64,000 nt of DNA from Octopus vulgaris (Eukaryota): assembly GCA_951406725.2 (NCBI GenBank), contig OX597821.1, forward strand, positions 310,001-374,000. Direction: 5' to 3'. A model generated the notes under the pieces. That model had not been told where the DNA came from. It saw nothing but the letters and a program-made list of their open reading frames with translations, and made no database searches. Both the position numbers and the translations under genes were made by a program. This document shows positions 12,700 to 25,451 of the stretch, piece after piece (the stretch's first letter is position 1; each line of letters starts with the position of its first letter).

Positions 12700-13308
12700 G
12701 ACAACAGCTGTGTAAAGAAGTGCTGGTCCCTAACTGTGAAGGGAACCTGTGGTAGAGGGAGACCCAGGAAGACATGGAATGAGGTGGTGAAGCATCATCT
12801 TCGAACTTTGAGCCTCTCAGAGGAATTGATTAATGACTGAAACCTTTGGCAATGTGCTGTGCTTGAGAGGACCCATCAAGCCAAGTGCACCCATGCTGGT
12901 GGTATGTAAAGAACACCTTTCGAGCATTGGGCCTCATGGAGGCAAAGTGGCTGAGTTCCTTTCGAGTGTTGGGTCTCAGGGAGGCAAAGTGGCTGATTTC
13001 CTTTTGCATGTTGGGCCTCACGGAGGCAATGACCGAGACCATTGGTATTATGTTGTGCTCGAGAAGAAGACCCATGAAGCCAAGCAAAATCGCAGTCATG
13101 GCAGATACCGGTGTCATGCAAATGGTACCCATGCTGGTGACACGTAAAAGCACCCATTACATTCTTAGAATGGTTGGCATTAGGAAGTGCATAGAAAACC
13201 ATGCCAAATCAGACTGGAGTCTAGTGCAGCCTTCCAGCTTACCAGCCCAGGTCAAATCATCCAACCCATGCCAGCATGGACAACAGACGTTAAATGACGA
13301 TGATGATA
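12700..13308 (+). mobile_element. RTE-clade LINE 3' end (ORF C-terminus, 3' UTR, (GAT)n tail)
   Basis: Translates CVKKCWSLTVKGTCGRGRPRKTWNEVVKHHLRTL (RTE C-terminal GRGRP.KTW motif). Followed by the multicopy UTR ending ccaacccatgccagcatgga..gacgttaaatgacgatgatgat. Confidence 0.8.
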
Positions 13309-15100
13309 TATATGTATATCAGCAAAAGAGACTGATAAAATAAATATCAAACTTAAAAGAAAAATAAGTGCTTGGGTCAATTTGTTTGACTAAATCTTTC
13401 AAGGCAGTGCCCCAGAATGGCCACAGGCCTATGACTGGGACAAGTAAAAGATAAAAGATTGATTAGAAAGCTTAACTAAATGCCTTGCACTATTTGTTCT
13501 GGCTATCTGCTTCTGTACACCGAGTTCAAATTCTGTTGAGGTCAGCTTTACTTTTTGCCTTTCCAGGTACTAGGGATCAATTTAATTAATTAACTACTAC
13601 TACATCCTCCTCCTCTTCTATCGATTTTCCATACTGACAGGCCAGAGGGCTGTGCTAGGCTCTAGTCCCCTGTTTTGGCATGGCTTCTACTGTTGGATGC
13701 CCTTCAAAATGCCAACCATTTTATAGTGTGTACTGGGTGCTTCTTTACATGGTTCAAGCATGGGTGCTTTTTACATGATGCCAGCACAGGTTCTTTAAAT
13801 ATGGCTCTATCATAGGTGCTTTCTACATGGTACTGGCACAAGTGCTGATTAACCACCGCCCTGTTACAAATTTTTGAATTTGTGCCTAATTTAGAAATGG
13901 TTATTTAAAGGGATAATCGTTTGGCAGAATCATTTGAGCATCCAACAAAATACCTTGTGGTATTTATTCTGGCTTTTCATATTCTGAGTTAATCTTGCTG
14001 AGGTCAAATTCCCCTTTTATCCTTTCAGGGTTGATAAAATAGTACCAATCAAGTACTGGGGTCGATGCTATCAACTAACCCCTTCACCTCGAATTTCAGG
14101 CCTTCTGCCTATATTAGAAGCATAATTATAATCAATATTATTGTTTTTATTGCTGCATCATTAATTAAGATAGACAACATTTCAAGGTGATTAGATTGAG
14201 AACAGAGTTAGCAGTTGATGATGATGATGGGAAACAGAGATGGTAGTGGTGGTCACATGCATGGAAACTGAAATATTTAAGCATTTCTTTGTTGATATTT
14301 CTTCTTTTCTATTTGATTCTATAACCCTCATGTTACAATATTTCCATTGAGATACACTCTTTGTTTCATCGAATGAAGAATTTAGTAAAATAACTGTCAT
14401 TTTAAAGCTGGGCTTGGAACGTAGATTAACATGAAATTCTGACAGAAGGCTTTAATTTAGATCACTTTAACCCCTTCTTTTAAGTATCACCCCACTCAAT
14501 GAAGGGGGCTTTTTCCTTCATTTTTCTAGTCTTGCAAGTTACTTGGTGATCTCACTAGTGCCAAAAAAGAAACACCCAGTACACACCATAAAGTGGTTGA
14601 CATTATGAAGGGCATCCAGGTGCAAACCTGACATTGGATCCTGATGCAGTTCTGTGGCCTATAGGATCCTGTCAAAACATGCAACCCATACCAGCATGTA
14701 AAATGGATGTTGAATGATATTAATGATGATGATGGTGATGATATATTCCTCCCGAGGAATATCTGAAATCACTTGTGTAAAGGTTATGCATTAATCATTG
14801 AAGCATCTTCTCATAATGTGAAGGCCATCTCATACAGAATATGCCTGGCAGCACAACCAAGTCTCGAGTTTATCCTTGCTGACATGCTAAAACAACAATA
14901 TCACTGCAATGAGAATCAATGCTATGTTGCATAAGGAACAGAAAGCCAACACTCATGACTTCTACATGACACTAATGATTTGAAGGCGCAGATGGAGCTG
15001 AAGGAAGTTCTCTTTGGTCTTTTCTATTGTATGCAATGTTTTGGCCCTACAACAGCCCGGCACCCTATGCAACAAGGGTGGAGGCATTGTACTCTCAAAT

Positions 15101-15326
15101 AAGGTGGCGAGCTGGCAGAAACGTGAGCATGCTGGGCAAAATGCTTAGCGGTATTTCGTCTGCCGCTATGTTCTGAGTTCAAATTCCACCGAGGTCGACT
15201 TTGCCTTTCATCCTTTCGGGGTCGATTAAATAAGTACCAGTTACGCACTGGGGTCAATGTAATCGACTTAATCCGTTTGTCTGTCCTTGTTTGTCCCCTC
15301 TGTGTTTAGCCTCTTGTGGGTAGTAA
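15101..15326 (+). mobile_element. tRNA-derived SINE family B, full length with about 21-bp target-site duplication
   Basis: aaggtggcgagctggcagaa (A-box-like)...gagttcaaattcc (B box)...gactttgcctttcatcctttcggggtcga. Flanked by gtggaggYattgtRctctcaa at 15078-15098 and 15332-15352. Confidence 0.88.
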
Positions 15327-15770
15327 TGAGAGTGGAGGTATTGTGCTCTCAATTACATGCCATGGAAACAAGGATAAGCCCTATCTCAGTTATCCTGTAG
15401 GGTCATGGCTGACCTAAGGCTAAGACTGACAAGGGTGAGAAAGCATTTTCTTTCTTTCGATCTTCGGTGACAACTGCACATACACATATATTTCATCGTC
15501 ATCATTCTAATGTCCACTTTTTAATGCTTGCATCAGTCAGATGGGATTCATTGAGATAGATTTTCTTGTCCAGATGGATGCCCCATTGCTAACAATCTCA
15601 TCTTGTTTCCAATCAAGATAATTTTTCCCTTTGACCAGACATGTTTTCATGAAAATGAATGACACTGCTTGTTTAATGGTGATATTCGTTTACAGCTATC
15701 ACATACTGTCAAGACAAATACGCACAAACATACACATGTGTATATACATATATACATACATATATACATA

Positions 15771-15870
<100 letters not shown>

Positions 15871-16519
15871 TGGGACTGAACACAAAACCGTGTGGTTAAG
15901 AAGCAAACTTCTTAGTGACACAGCCATCCCTGCACCATGCCTGTGTATGTGGGAAAGTGTGTGTATCTATATATATAATATATATATATGTATGTATATA
16001 TTACACATTTGCACACATGACACATATGTGTATGTATGGCTATTATCATTATATGATCAGGTCACTGCCTAAGGTCCCTATTGTATGGAATGTTACAACC
16101 TAATGGGTCGAGGTCATTACCGCAGAGTTAACATCTTTATCCACGGGTATCTCAACATAATTGTTTGTTGATTCGTAATAAATATTATTTCTAGCGAAAG
16201 AGTTTCTCTCATTGTTTTGATTACAAGATGGAAATCTTTCTAAAAATATCAGAACCGAGACTATTAAATCATTGCGATGTCTGACGGTCTCAAAATCTGA
16301 CAGTAAACAACTATGAATTACATCTATCATCTCATACAGAGACAACAGACCTTCCATTATCGATGATTTCTTCTGCATTTCTTCATATTGATGCGAAAGT
16401 TTGTTATCTAAATGGGTGGAAGTAAAGGTGAGTGGGGTCTGAGGACATGCTTACAGTGATTTGCTGATATAGCGTTGGGAGTAGAATACAGACAGCGACC
16501 GGTGGGTATAGTTTCACTG

Positions 16520-17636
16520 CTTTAAATTGGTTTATTTTCACTAGTTTCTTTCTATTGCTTTATCTCATCTGGTTTATACCATCATGTCTCTACTGGGTTA
16601 TCTCATCTCATTTATACCTTCATGTTCATATTGGTTTATACTGTCTCATTTCTTATTGTTTATATTGTCTAGTTTTTCACTGGCTTATCTCATTTGGTTA
16701 AACCATTACACTTAAACTGGTTTATCTAACCTGATTATGCAGCTTATTTCATCTGGTGTTCACCACCACGTTTATACTTGTTCAACTCATTTGGTTTCCA
16801 CAGGATTATCTCATCTGGTTTATACTATAATGTTTATGCTGGATTGTTTTATCTAATTTCCACTGCTTTATCTCATGGGCTTTATCTCATTTCGTTATGT
16901 GGTTTATCTGTTCCTGTTTATACCATAGCTCATGCTAGTTTATCGTATGTTATTGGCACTGGTTTATGTAATCATCATCATCATTTAACGTCCACTTTTC
17001 CATGCTTGCATTGGTTAGATGGAATTTGTTGTGGCAGGTCTTCTACAGCTGGATGCCCTTCCTGTCACCAACCCTCATTTCTTTCAAAATAAGGTAATAT
17101 TTTCTCATAGACAGACATGTCTCGGATGATTGGGAACAAAGGACACAACTTGCATAACAATGACACACACAACTAATAAAACAATGTCAGGTCAAGGAGA
17201 CAGTAACACACATACAAACATACATCTATACATGCACACACACACACACATCATCATCATCGTCGTTTAACGTCCGTTCTCCATGCTAGCATGGGTTGGA
17301 CGGTTCGACCGGGGTTCTGGGAAGCCAGAAGGCTGCACCAGGCTCCAGTCTAAATTTGGCAATGTTTCTACAGCTGGATGCCCATATATATACATATATG
17401 TGTGGGTATATATATAGACAAAATATGGGGGTTTAGTTCACAGGTGATCTAAATGATTAGGTATACTAGGTAAGTACTGTAACAGATTACTTTGTACCCT
17501 TCTCATTTGTCTCCAAAGATGGAATATCTCATACTCTAGGATATCTCAGAAACAGCTGTAAGACTTTGAATTTTTTTCCAATAATAATAATTATGTATTT
17601 GACTTGAGATGTTTGCCTTGCTTTAACCTCTTTAAC

Positions 17637-17679
<43 letters not shown>

Positions 17680-17769
17680 TATGTATATATGTATGTGTAC
17701 ATATGTATGTATATATATATGTGTGTGTATATAGATATGTATATATGTATATATATGTGTGTGTTCATG

Positions 17770-17811
<42 letters not shown>

Positions 17812-18122
17812 TACATGATGGACTTCTTTCAGTTTCTGACTACTAAATCCACTCATAAGGCTTAAGTCAGCTCAGGGTTATAGTAGAAGACATTTGTCCA
17901 ATGTGCCATGCAGTAGGACTGAACCCGAAACCATATAATTCGGAAGCAAACTTAACCTCACGGCCACACCATCTCGTATATATCATCTAGTTTCATCTCG
18001 ATTATATAATCCTCAATACACAGGTTTATCTCATCTAGATATTATACTGGGTTATCTCAGTAGGCTTGTATCATCTCGTTTACACAAATTTATCTCATCT
18101 GGCTTAAACTGGTTTATATCAC
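16520..18122. repeat. Degenerate tttatctcatctggtttatac minisatellite (16520-16970 and 17980-18122) interrupted by RTE and SINE insertions
   Basis: The motif recurs on both sides of the inserted elements. Confidence 0.6.
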
Positions 18123-18168
18123 CAAGTAAGTAAGAACAGGAGTATGTAAAGAGAAAAACCTCACCTAC

Positions 18169-18174
18169 CTTCGG
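18169..18174 (-). other. Candidate 6-nt microexon (CCGAAG, Pro-Lys)
   Basis: tattctgaatttcag|CCGAAG|gtaggtgagg on the gene strand; frame-preserving. Confidence 0.3.
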
Positions 18175-18511
18175 CTGAAATTCAGAATATAGAGTTTGTA
18201 TATCAATCACAAACAGGTTGTCTAGGACCGACTCTATGTTAGTACTAAAATGTTAGTTATTACTCAACAACAATGCTAATAACCACATTCCAAGGCAGTG
18301 ATTAGTGAGGATTTAAACATTTTTTATAATTAATTTTTTTTTTTACAATATTAGTAATGATAATTAGTAATCACAATAATATAATTATAAGAAGTTCTTT
18401 CTTTGATATATTAATATTAATGACAATAGTGACATACTCTTCATTGAATGTAAAAGCCAAATTTCTAACGTTAAGTGAATAACCAGTGTAGTTGATAACA
18501 GTATATTACTG

Positions 18512-18582
<71 letters not shown>

Positions 18583-18687
18583 AAACATACACACACACAC
18601 ATATACATATTCATACACACATGTATGTATACATATACATGAATCTAGCAACACTTAGAGGAAGGTCTGAAGTGAAGTGAGGAATTA

Positions 18688-18729
<42 letters not shown>

Positions 18730-18937
18730 TCTTTCTACTTTAGGCACAAGGCCTGAACTTTTTGGTAGAAGGGGCTTAGTCAATTACATCAATCTCACTG
18801 CTCAACTGGTACTTATCTCATTGACCCCAGAAAGATGAAAGTCAAAGTCGGTCTCCGTGGAATTTGAACTAAGAGCATGAAGGTGACTGAAAAACACTTT
18901 GTCTGGCAGGCTAATGTTTCTGCCAGCATGCCACCTA

Positions 18938-18984
<47 letters not shown>

Positions 18985-18986
<2 letters not shown>

Positions 18987-19351
18987 CATCATCATCATCA
19001 TTTAGCGTCCGCTTTCCATGCTAGCATGGGTTGGACGGCTCAACTGGGGTCTGTGAAGCCAGAAGGCTGCATCAGGCCCAGTCTGATCTGGCAGTGTTTC
19101 TACGGCTGGATGCCCTTCCTAACGCCAACCACTCCGTGAGTGTAGTGGGTGCTTTTTACATGCCACCCACACAGGTGCCAGACGAGGCTGGCAAACAGCC
19201 ACGGACGGATGGTGCTTTTTACGTGCCACCGGCACGGGGGCCAGGCGAGGCTGGCAACAGCCACGAACGGATGGTGCTTTTTATGTGCCACCGGCACGGG
19301 GGCCAGGCGAGGCTGGCAACGGCCACGAATGGATGGTGCTTTTTATGTGCA
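18985..19351 (-). mobile_element. RTE 3' UTR-type repeat with internal 62-bp tandem units
   Basis: (CAT)n-tttagcgtccgctttccatgctagcatgggttggacgg...ggatgcccttcctaacgccaacc; the motif ggatggtgcttttt recurs at 19207, 19269 and 19331. Confidence 0.8.
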
Positions 19352-20391
19352 TAATGATAATGAATATAATGCTATGTTGAAATCCCACTAGGGTCAACTC
19401 TCCCATTTATCTCTCTAGAATCTATAAAATAAATATCAGTAATAATCAAAGAGCCTGATTTGGATTGTTGGCTAGACTTCATCTACATTCCTATATAGGA
19501 ATATACTAATATAATATTGATTTGCAGTTAACTCATGCAGTTTCATAAACCTGAGATATGCTTATATTTCACACATGCTCAAACATTCAAAATTTTAAGT
19601 CATTTTTTTAGGTACACACTTTACATGAAGGATAAAAAGTGTTAAAACAGCCAGCCTTGCACTTGCATGCATACATCTTCAAACAGGTACAAATAGGACT
19701 TATTAAACTTGCATAAACGAAAAATTCATAAATGTTGTTGTGTATTTATAATGTAGTTAAATGCTGCATGCACATCTATGCATTTAAAGCATCTTTCTCT
19801 CTCTCTGTTTATATATATATATATAATTTATTTCTTAGCAGTAAAACAATAGAAAAGGCTTAAGGTTCTTGGATTTCATGCAAAGTTCTTATCAAACTTG
19901 CATGAAACTGTAGTTCTTTGAGTCACTTATGTAGCTTCATGGGTAATAACTGAAGAAATATATGTGCTTGGCTTTACATATCAATTTCTATTTCTCCTGT
20001 TTGTACCGCCAAATCTATGTCATCTGAGAGAAGATCACATAACCATTGCTCATATCCATGTTTTCCAACTTGTTGAAACAGCTGTAACCAAGAATAAACA
20101 TGATACCAGTAGTTCCACTCTTTTGCTTTCCTTTATATATACAAGCATGTATGTGTATATATTACAGAACAAAGTGTTTACTGAGTGTAGAGCAGTAATA
20201 AGAAAGAGAGATGACTAAGGAATATATTATCATCTTATAAACTCCAGTAGCTTATAGATGTTTCTACAATGACGTGCAGTGGATTCATAGCTGAGTGCCT
20301 GAATAACACCTTATAACTTCATCAGAGCCTTGAATATGAAGTGCAATTTATTTGGGAAAAAATGTTGTGCTTAATCAATGCCTAAGTGAAA

Positions 20392-20430
<39 letters not shown>

Positions 20431-20696
20431 TTTCATTTAGAGATAGTAGGCCCCTTCATCCCACCATATAAAAGAATAAACATGATACCAATAGTTCCAC
20501 TTCCTCATTGAGAATAATTTGAATCCCTGTTATGCCGGAATTTTTATTCCCTAACAAATAAAATTATATATATACATATATGAGTAATCTTACATAATGG
20601 TGTATGAATATGAACCTTGTAACTTAAAGCTGATGTAGGGGTGAAGAAAAGTAGTCATGATCTACCATTAAAGCCTGCTGACTTCCATCTTCATGA

Positions 20697-20753
<57 letters not shown>

Positions 20754-21393
20754 AGATGAGTGTATTTTTCCCTTGTTAACAATTAACACAGAAAAATAGA
20801 TAAATAGTTACCAGGGTAGCAAAAAATCACACATGTAAAGAGGTTGTAACTCCTTGTTTTTAAAGGTAGAAACTTTGGGTTTATGTGGAATTTTTTGTAT
20901 AATATATAAATCAATAAATGTAGTTTAACGTAGGTATAATACCTGTGTTAAACTCCATTTATTTATATATATATGCTTTGCATTCTTGTCCCATTTTTGT
21001 ATTTTATATATATATTCAAGGGTAAACCTCACGAGACTAAAATACAGATACTTATACATAATCTTTAATTGGTTATTGTTCTATAAAGGGCCTGTGCATG
21101 TGTGTGTGTGTGTGTGCACGTGCGTGTGTACACATAAGCATTTATTCCAATTGATTCATAGAAAACATTCATAAATGAGAACGTTTATTTCATTGTTTTG
21201 TGTGTGTGTGTATGTGTGTGTGTGTATGCATATTCAATTTGTGTAGCTATAATCTGTCTAAAAATACAAGGAAAGGATTCCTGCTACTTTATTCTACATT
21301 GCTTTTGCTGATATTGAAAAATCCAATATATTACCCAAAAATTTTTTACAAACACAAAACATTTAATTAAATACTTTCAATTACATTTAACAG

Positions 21394-21453
<60 letters not shown>

Positions 21454-22633
21454 TGTGACATCTAATCTGAAAGAAAGTGTAAAGGAAAGAATAAAGCATT
21501 CATTTCATGTTTTAATATATTCAGAGAGAAATTCATATTATATATGATTATCAATAAATAAAATTTGCTTTAATAAAACAAAGAGACTTTTTAATACTTT
21601 AGAAAGGGTTCAAATAAATGTTAATTATCATGTTGATCATTGATTTTGTTTCATAAATGAAAATATATTCAATATATTCATTATATTCATATATATTCAC
21701 ACACACACACACATTAATGAAAATATATTCATTATGCATTCATTAAATCACATGTGTACACACACATATTTACATAATTTTAACATCTACTTTTTCATGC
21801 TTGTATGGGTTGGATGGGATTTTGTTGAGGCAGATTTTTCTCTGCTGGATGCCCTTCCTATCACTACATACACACATATACACATACATACACTACATAT
21901 ACACTCACATATGTATGTATTCACACACGCAACACACACACATGTATACCAGCACAAATGTAGGAAAAAAGTGAATACCTAGTAAAGGGTAAAAACCCCC
22001 TTCAGTCATAAATGACCTCCGTAGCACAAGTCCAGGCAAGGTTGCATATGGAAGACTAGCAGCCACGCATGCATACCAGCCTCCCCTCTCCACACCACTG
22101 ATGCTATCCAAGGGAAAGGAAAAGCTTGGCACCTGTGACGTCGCAACTCATTTCTACAACTGAGTGAACTGGAGCAACATGAAATAAAGTCTCTTGCTCA
22201 AGAACACAACACACAGCTTGGTCAAGGAATCGAACTCAATACCTCATGATTATGAGCCATGTACCATCACATGAGTACCCAGTACAGAGTATATATATAT
22301 ATATATATATATAAATGTATTGGAAACTGTAAAACTGTGAACTAACAGTTACTCAGAGTTAAACATTTCCAGGAAAATCTGAAACAGGAAACTCAGATGC
22401 AATTATTGCCAAAGTTTTCAGTTTCTAATATATGCTTGTGTGTCTGTGTTTATCCCCCTCACCAGGGCTTGAGAACTGATATTGGTGTGTTTACGTCCCT
22501 GTAACTTAGCGGTTTGGCAAAAGGAACCGATAGAATGAGTACTAGGCTTACAAAGAATAAGTCCTGGGCTCAGTTTGTTCAACTAAAGGTGGTGTTCCAG
22601 CATGGCCACATTCAAATGACCAATAAAAGAATA

Positions 22634-22676
<43 letters not shown>

Positions 22677-22963
22677 TCGTCCAACCCATGCTCCATCCAA
22701 CCCATGCTAGCACGGAAAGCGGACGTTAAACGATGATGATGATGTACTGTTCCATGATAGAAAATTCAAAAACTAAATTACTCCATCTGGCGAGAGATAA
22801 ATATTATTCATTTATAGGACACAATGCATGTCTAAGTGCTACTGATAGGTTCATATCTGGTTTGTGCCTGATGAATATGTTTGAGATATGGAACTATTAG
22901 TAGCACTTAAAACCCTGTATTGTGTTCTTCAAGAATATAATTGGATATATATGTTTATTTTAA

Positions 22964-24378
22964 TTTTTTTTTTTTATCTAGTTTCAGCTCACAAGCTGTG
23001 GCCATGCTGGGGCACTGCCATTTGGTGTTGCTACATGATTTTACTTCATGAATGCTTTTTAGCAATTGCCATTTGGTGCATGAGAGGGTTCGATGCGGCT
23101 GCCCTCATCTGCACCTCCTGCCGTGAAGTTTGTTCATCTGGGACACCTGACAAGAAGAGATCCAGTTTTATTTTAAAGACATCTGCATCCACCCCATGCA
23201 GGTCTCTTAGGTTCTTCGGGAGGATATTGAAGAGGTGTGGGCCTCGGAAGCCCAGGCTATCACAGTATCTTGTCCTACATTTTGATGGCAAATTTGGAGT
23301 CCTTGGCACTGTGCAGTGGCGCCCAGTTCTGGCATTTGTGTAACACTCGATGCCAAAGTTTGGGACAAGTCCTTCTAGGATCTTCCAGATGTATATTATG
23401 GCATATCTTTCTCACCTACGCTCTAAGGAATAGAGTCTCAATCTCTTGAGTCTTTCCCAAAAGCTTATATGCTGCACAGAGGCTATCTTCTTCGTGTAGC
23501 TTCATTGGATCGCCTCAGGTTCTGTGATTAACTTGACACTGGATGGTGACCATAGCTGAGAGCAATAGTCAAAGTGGCTTAGGACAAGTCACCTCCAGAG
23601 GACCATCATGGTTTCTTGGTCTCTTGTTCTAAAGGTTCTAAGAATCCATCCGGTCAGCCGCCTACATTTCATTGCCAATTTAGCAACATGCACATGAAAG
23701 GTTGCATCATCACTCATGTAAATACCCAGGTCTCGCACTGATTGTGCCTCTGGGATTGCAATCCCTCCAGGTCCAGTGTATTTATTGGGTATTGCATTTA
23801 GTTTTGCATGCTGATAGTATAAAGCTTGAAACTTTTCAGCATTGAACTGCATGCTATTCTTTTCAGCCCACTTGTATATTTTGTCTAGCTCACATTGCAG
23901 GTGCTTAGTGTCTTCAGGGTTCTGTACTGCCTGTGAAACTTTTGTATCATCTGCATAACTTGTGGCTGAGGGCATGTCTGAGAGGGCCATTATGAACAGT
24001 AGTGGTCCCAAAACAGTGCCTTGCGGAACACCGCTCACTATTTGCGTGTTAATGGAAGTGGCTACTACCACCTGACTTCTATCCTTCAGAAAGTCATGAA
24101 GCCATTCTCCCAGTTTTCCAACTATGCTAAGATCACGCAGTTTGTGACATATCATTCCATGGTCGACTTTATCAAAGGCCTTTGCAAAGTCGAGATACAT
24201 GACTTCCACATTTGAGTGGTTGAGCAGTCGTTTCAGCACCCAGTCATAGTGTTGTAGGAGCTGAGTTAAGCAGCTTCTTCCAGGTCGGAAACCATGTTGG
24301 GTGTTAGGCAGCAAGTCATTTTCTTCAAGGAAGGTGATTAGTTTCCTTCTGACTATTCGTTCCATGACCTTGCTGATA
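22964..24378 (-). mobile_element. 5'-truncated CR1/L2-group LINE (reverse transcriptase to 3' tail), degenerate
   Basis: ORF 23589-24407 has RT motifs QHGFRPGRSC, YLDFAKAFDKV, GVPQGTVLGPLLF and YADDTK. The C-terminal part continues frameshifted (RGPHLFNILPKNLR..FKIKLDLFLSGVPD) and ends in a stem-loop and A-rich tail. Confidence 0.92.
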
Positions 24379-24459
24379 TATGATGATGATGATGATGATA
24401 TATACACAAATTTGTGATTGTATATATTTATCTATATATCTTTTATCATTTTTTTTTAA

Positions 24460-24840
24460 TGTTTTGTTTCAGTCATTCGACTGTGGCCATGCTGGGGTAC
24501 CACTTTGAAGGGATTTTAGTTAAACAAATCAACCCCAGGACTTATTTTTTTAAAGTCTGGTAATCATTCTGTCAGTCACTTTTACTGAACTGCTAGATCA
24601 CATGAATATAAAGAAACCAACACTGATTGTCAAGTAGTGGGTGGTGAGGGACAAGCACACACAACACACACACATGATGGGCTTCCACATAGTTTTCATT
24701 TACCAAATTCCCTTGCAAGACATTGGCTGTCCCAGGGATATAGTGGCAGATACTTGCCCATGGTGCTATGCTGCACAGTGGAACTGAACTCCAAACCATG
24801 TGATTACAAAGTGAGATTCTTAACTACACAGCCATAGCTG
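24460..24840 (-). mobile_element. SINE family A, diverged copy
   Basis: Family A tail and head motifs in reverse orientation. Confidence 0.75.
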
Positions 24841-24946
24841 AGCATAAACATACACAGACACACACACATATATATATATACACGCACAGACATGCATGAA
24901 ATATGTTTAATGTATGTGCAAATCAATAAAAACACTTATCTACAGA

Positions 24947-25032
<86 letters not shown>

Positions 25033-25451
25033 TAACAGTGTACATATATATATATATATATATACTCACAGTGTACATATATATGTATATACTAACTGTG
25101 TACATAGTATATAAAAATACACACACACACACATATATACAGTGTCGCATTTTATATACAAATTTTGACAGATTACTTAATTTTGACAGCGAACAAAAAA
25201 AAGTGTGTAAATAAAAACATTTCTGAGTTGATAAAACAGAAAAACAATTTGTATGAAGAAAAATTTATGAGGTATAATGGATTATTATAATTATTGGCAT
25301 TTCTAACTTTTATTTGTTTCTTTTAATATATAGAATTATTAAAATTTATAGGCGAGAAGTTTACTGTATTCTATGTGCTTATATATATATTTTATGGAGA
25401 TGTACTTGCATAGCAAGTAACCTGATCTGAGATTGTATGTTGAAACAAAAA

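Noticed and set aside
23589-24407. RT ORF as a functional gene
   Set aside because: 5'-truncated with a start provided by microsatellite, apparent internal deletions and downstream frameshifts.
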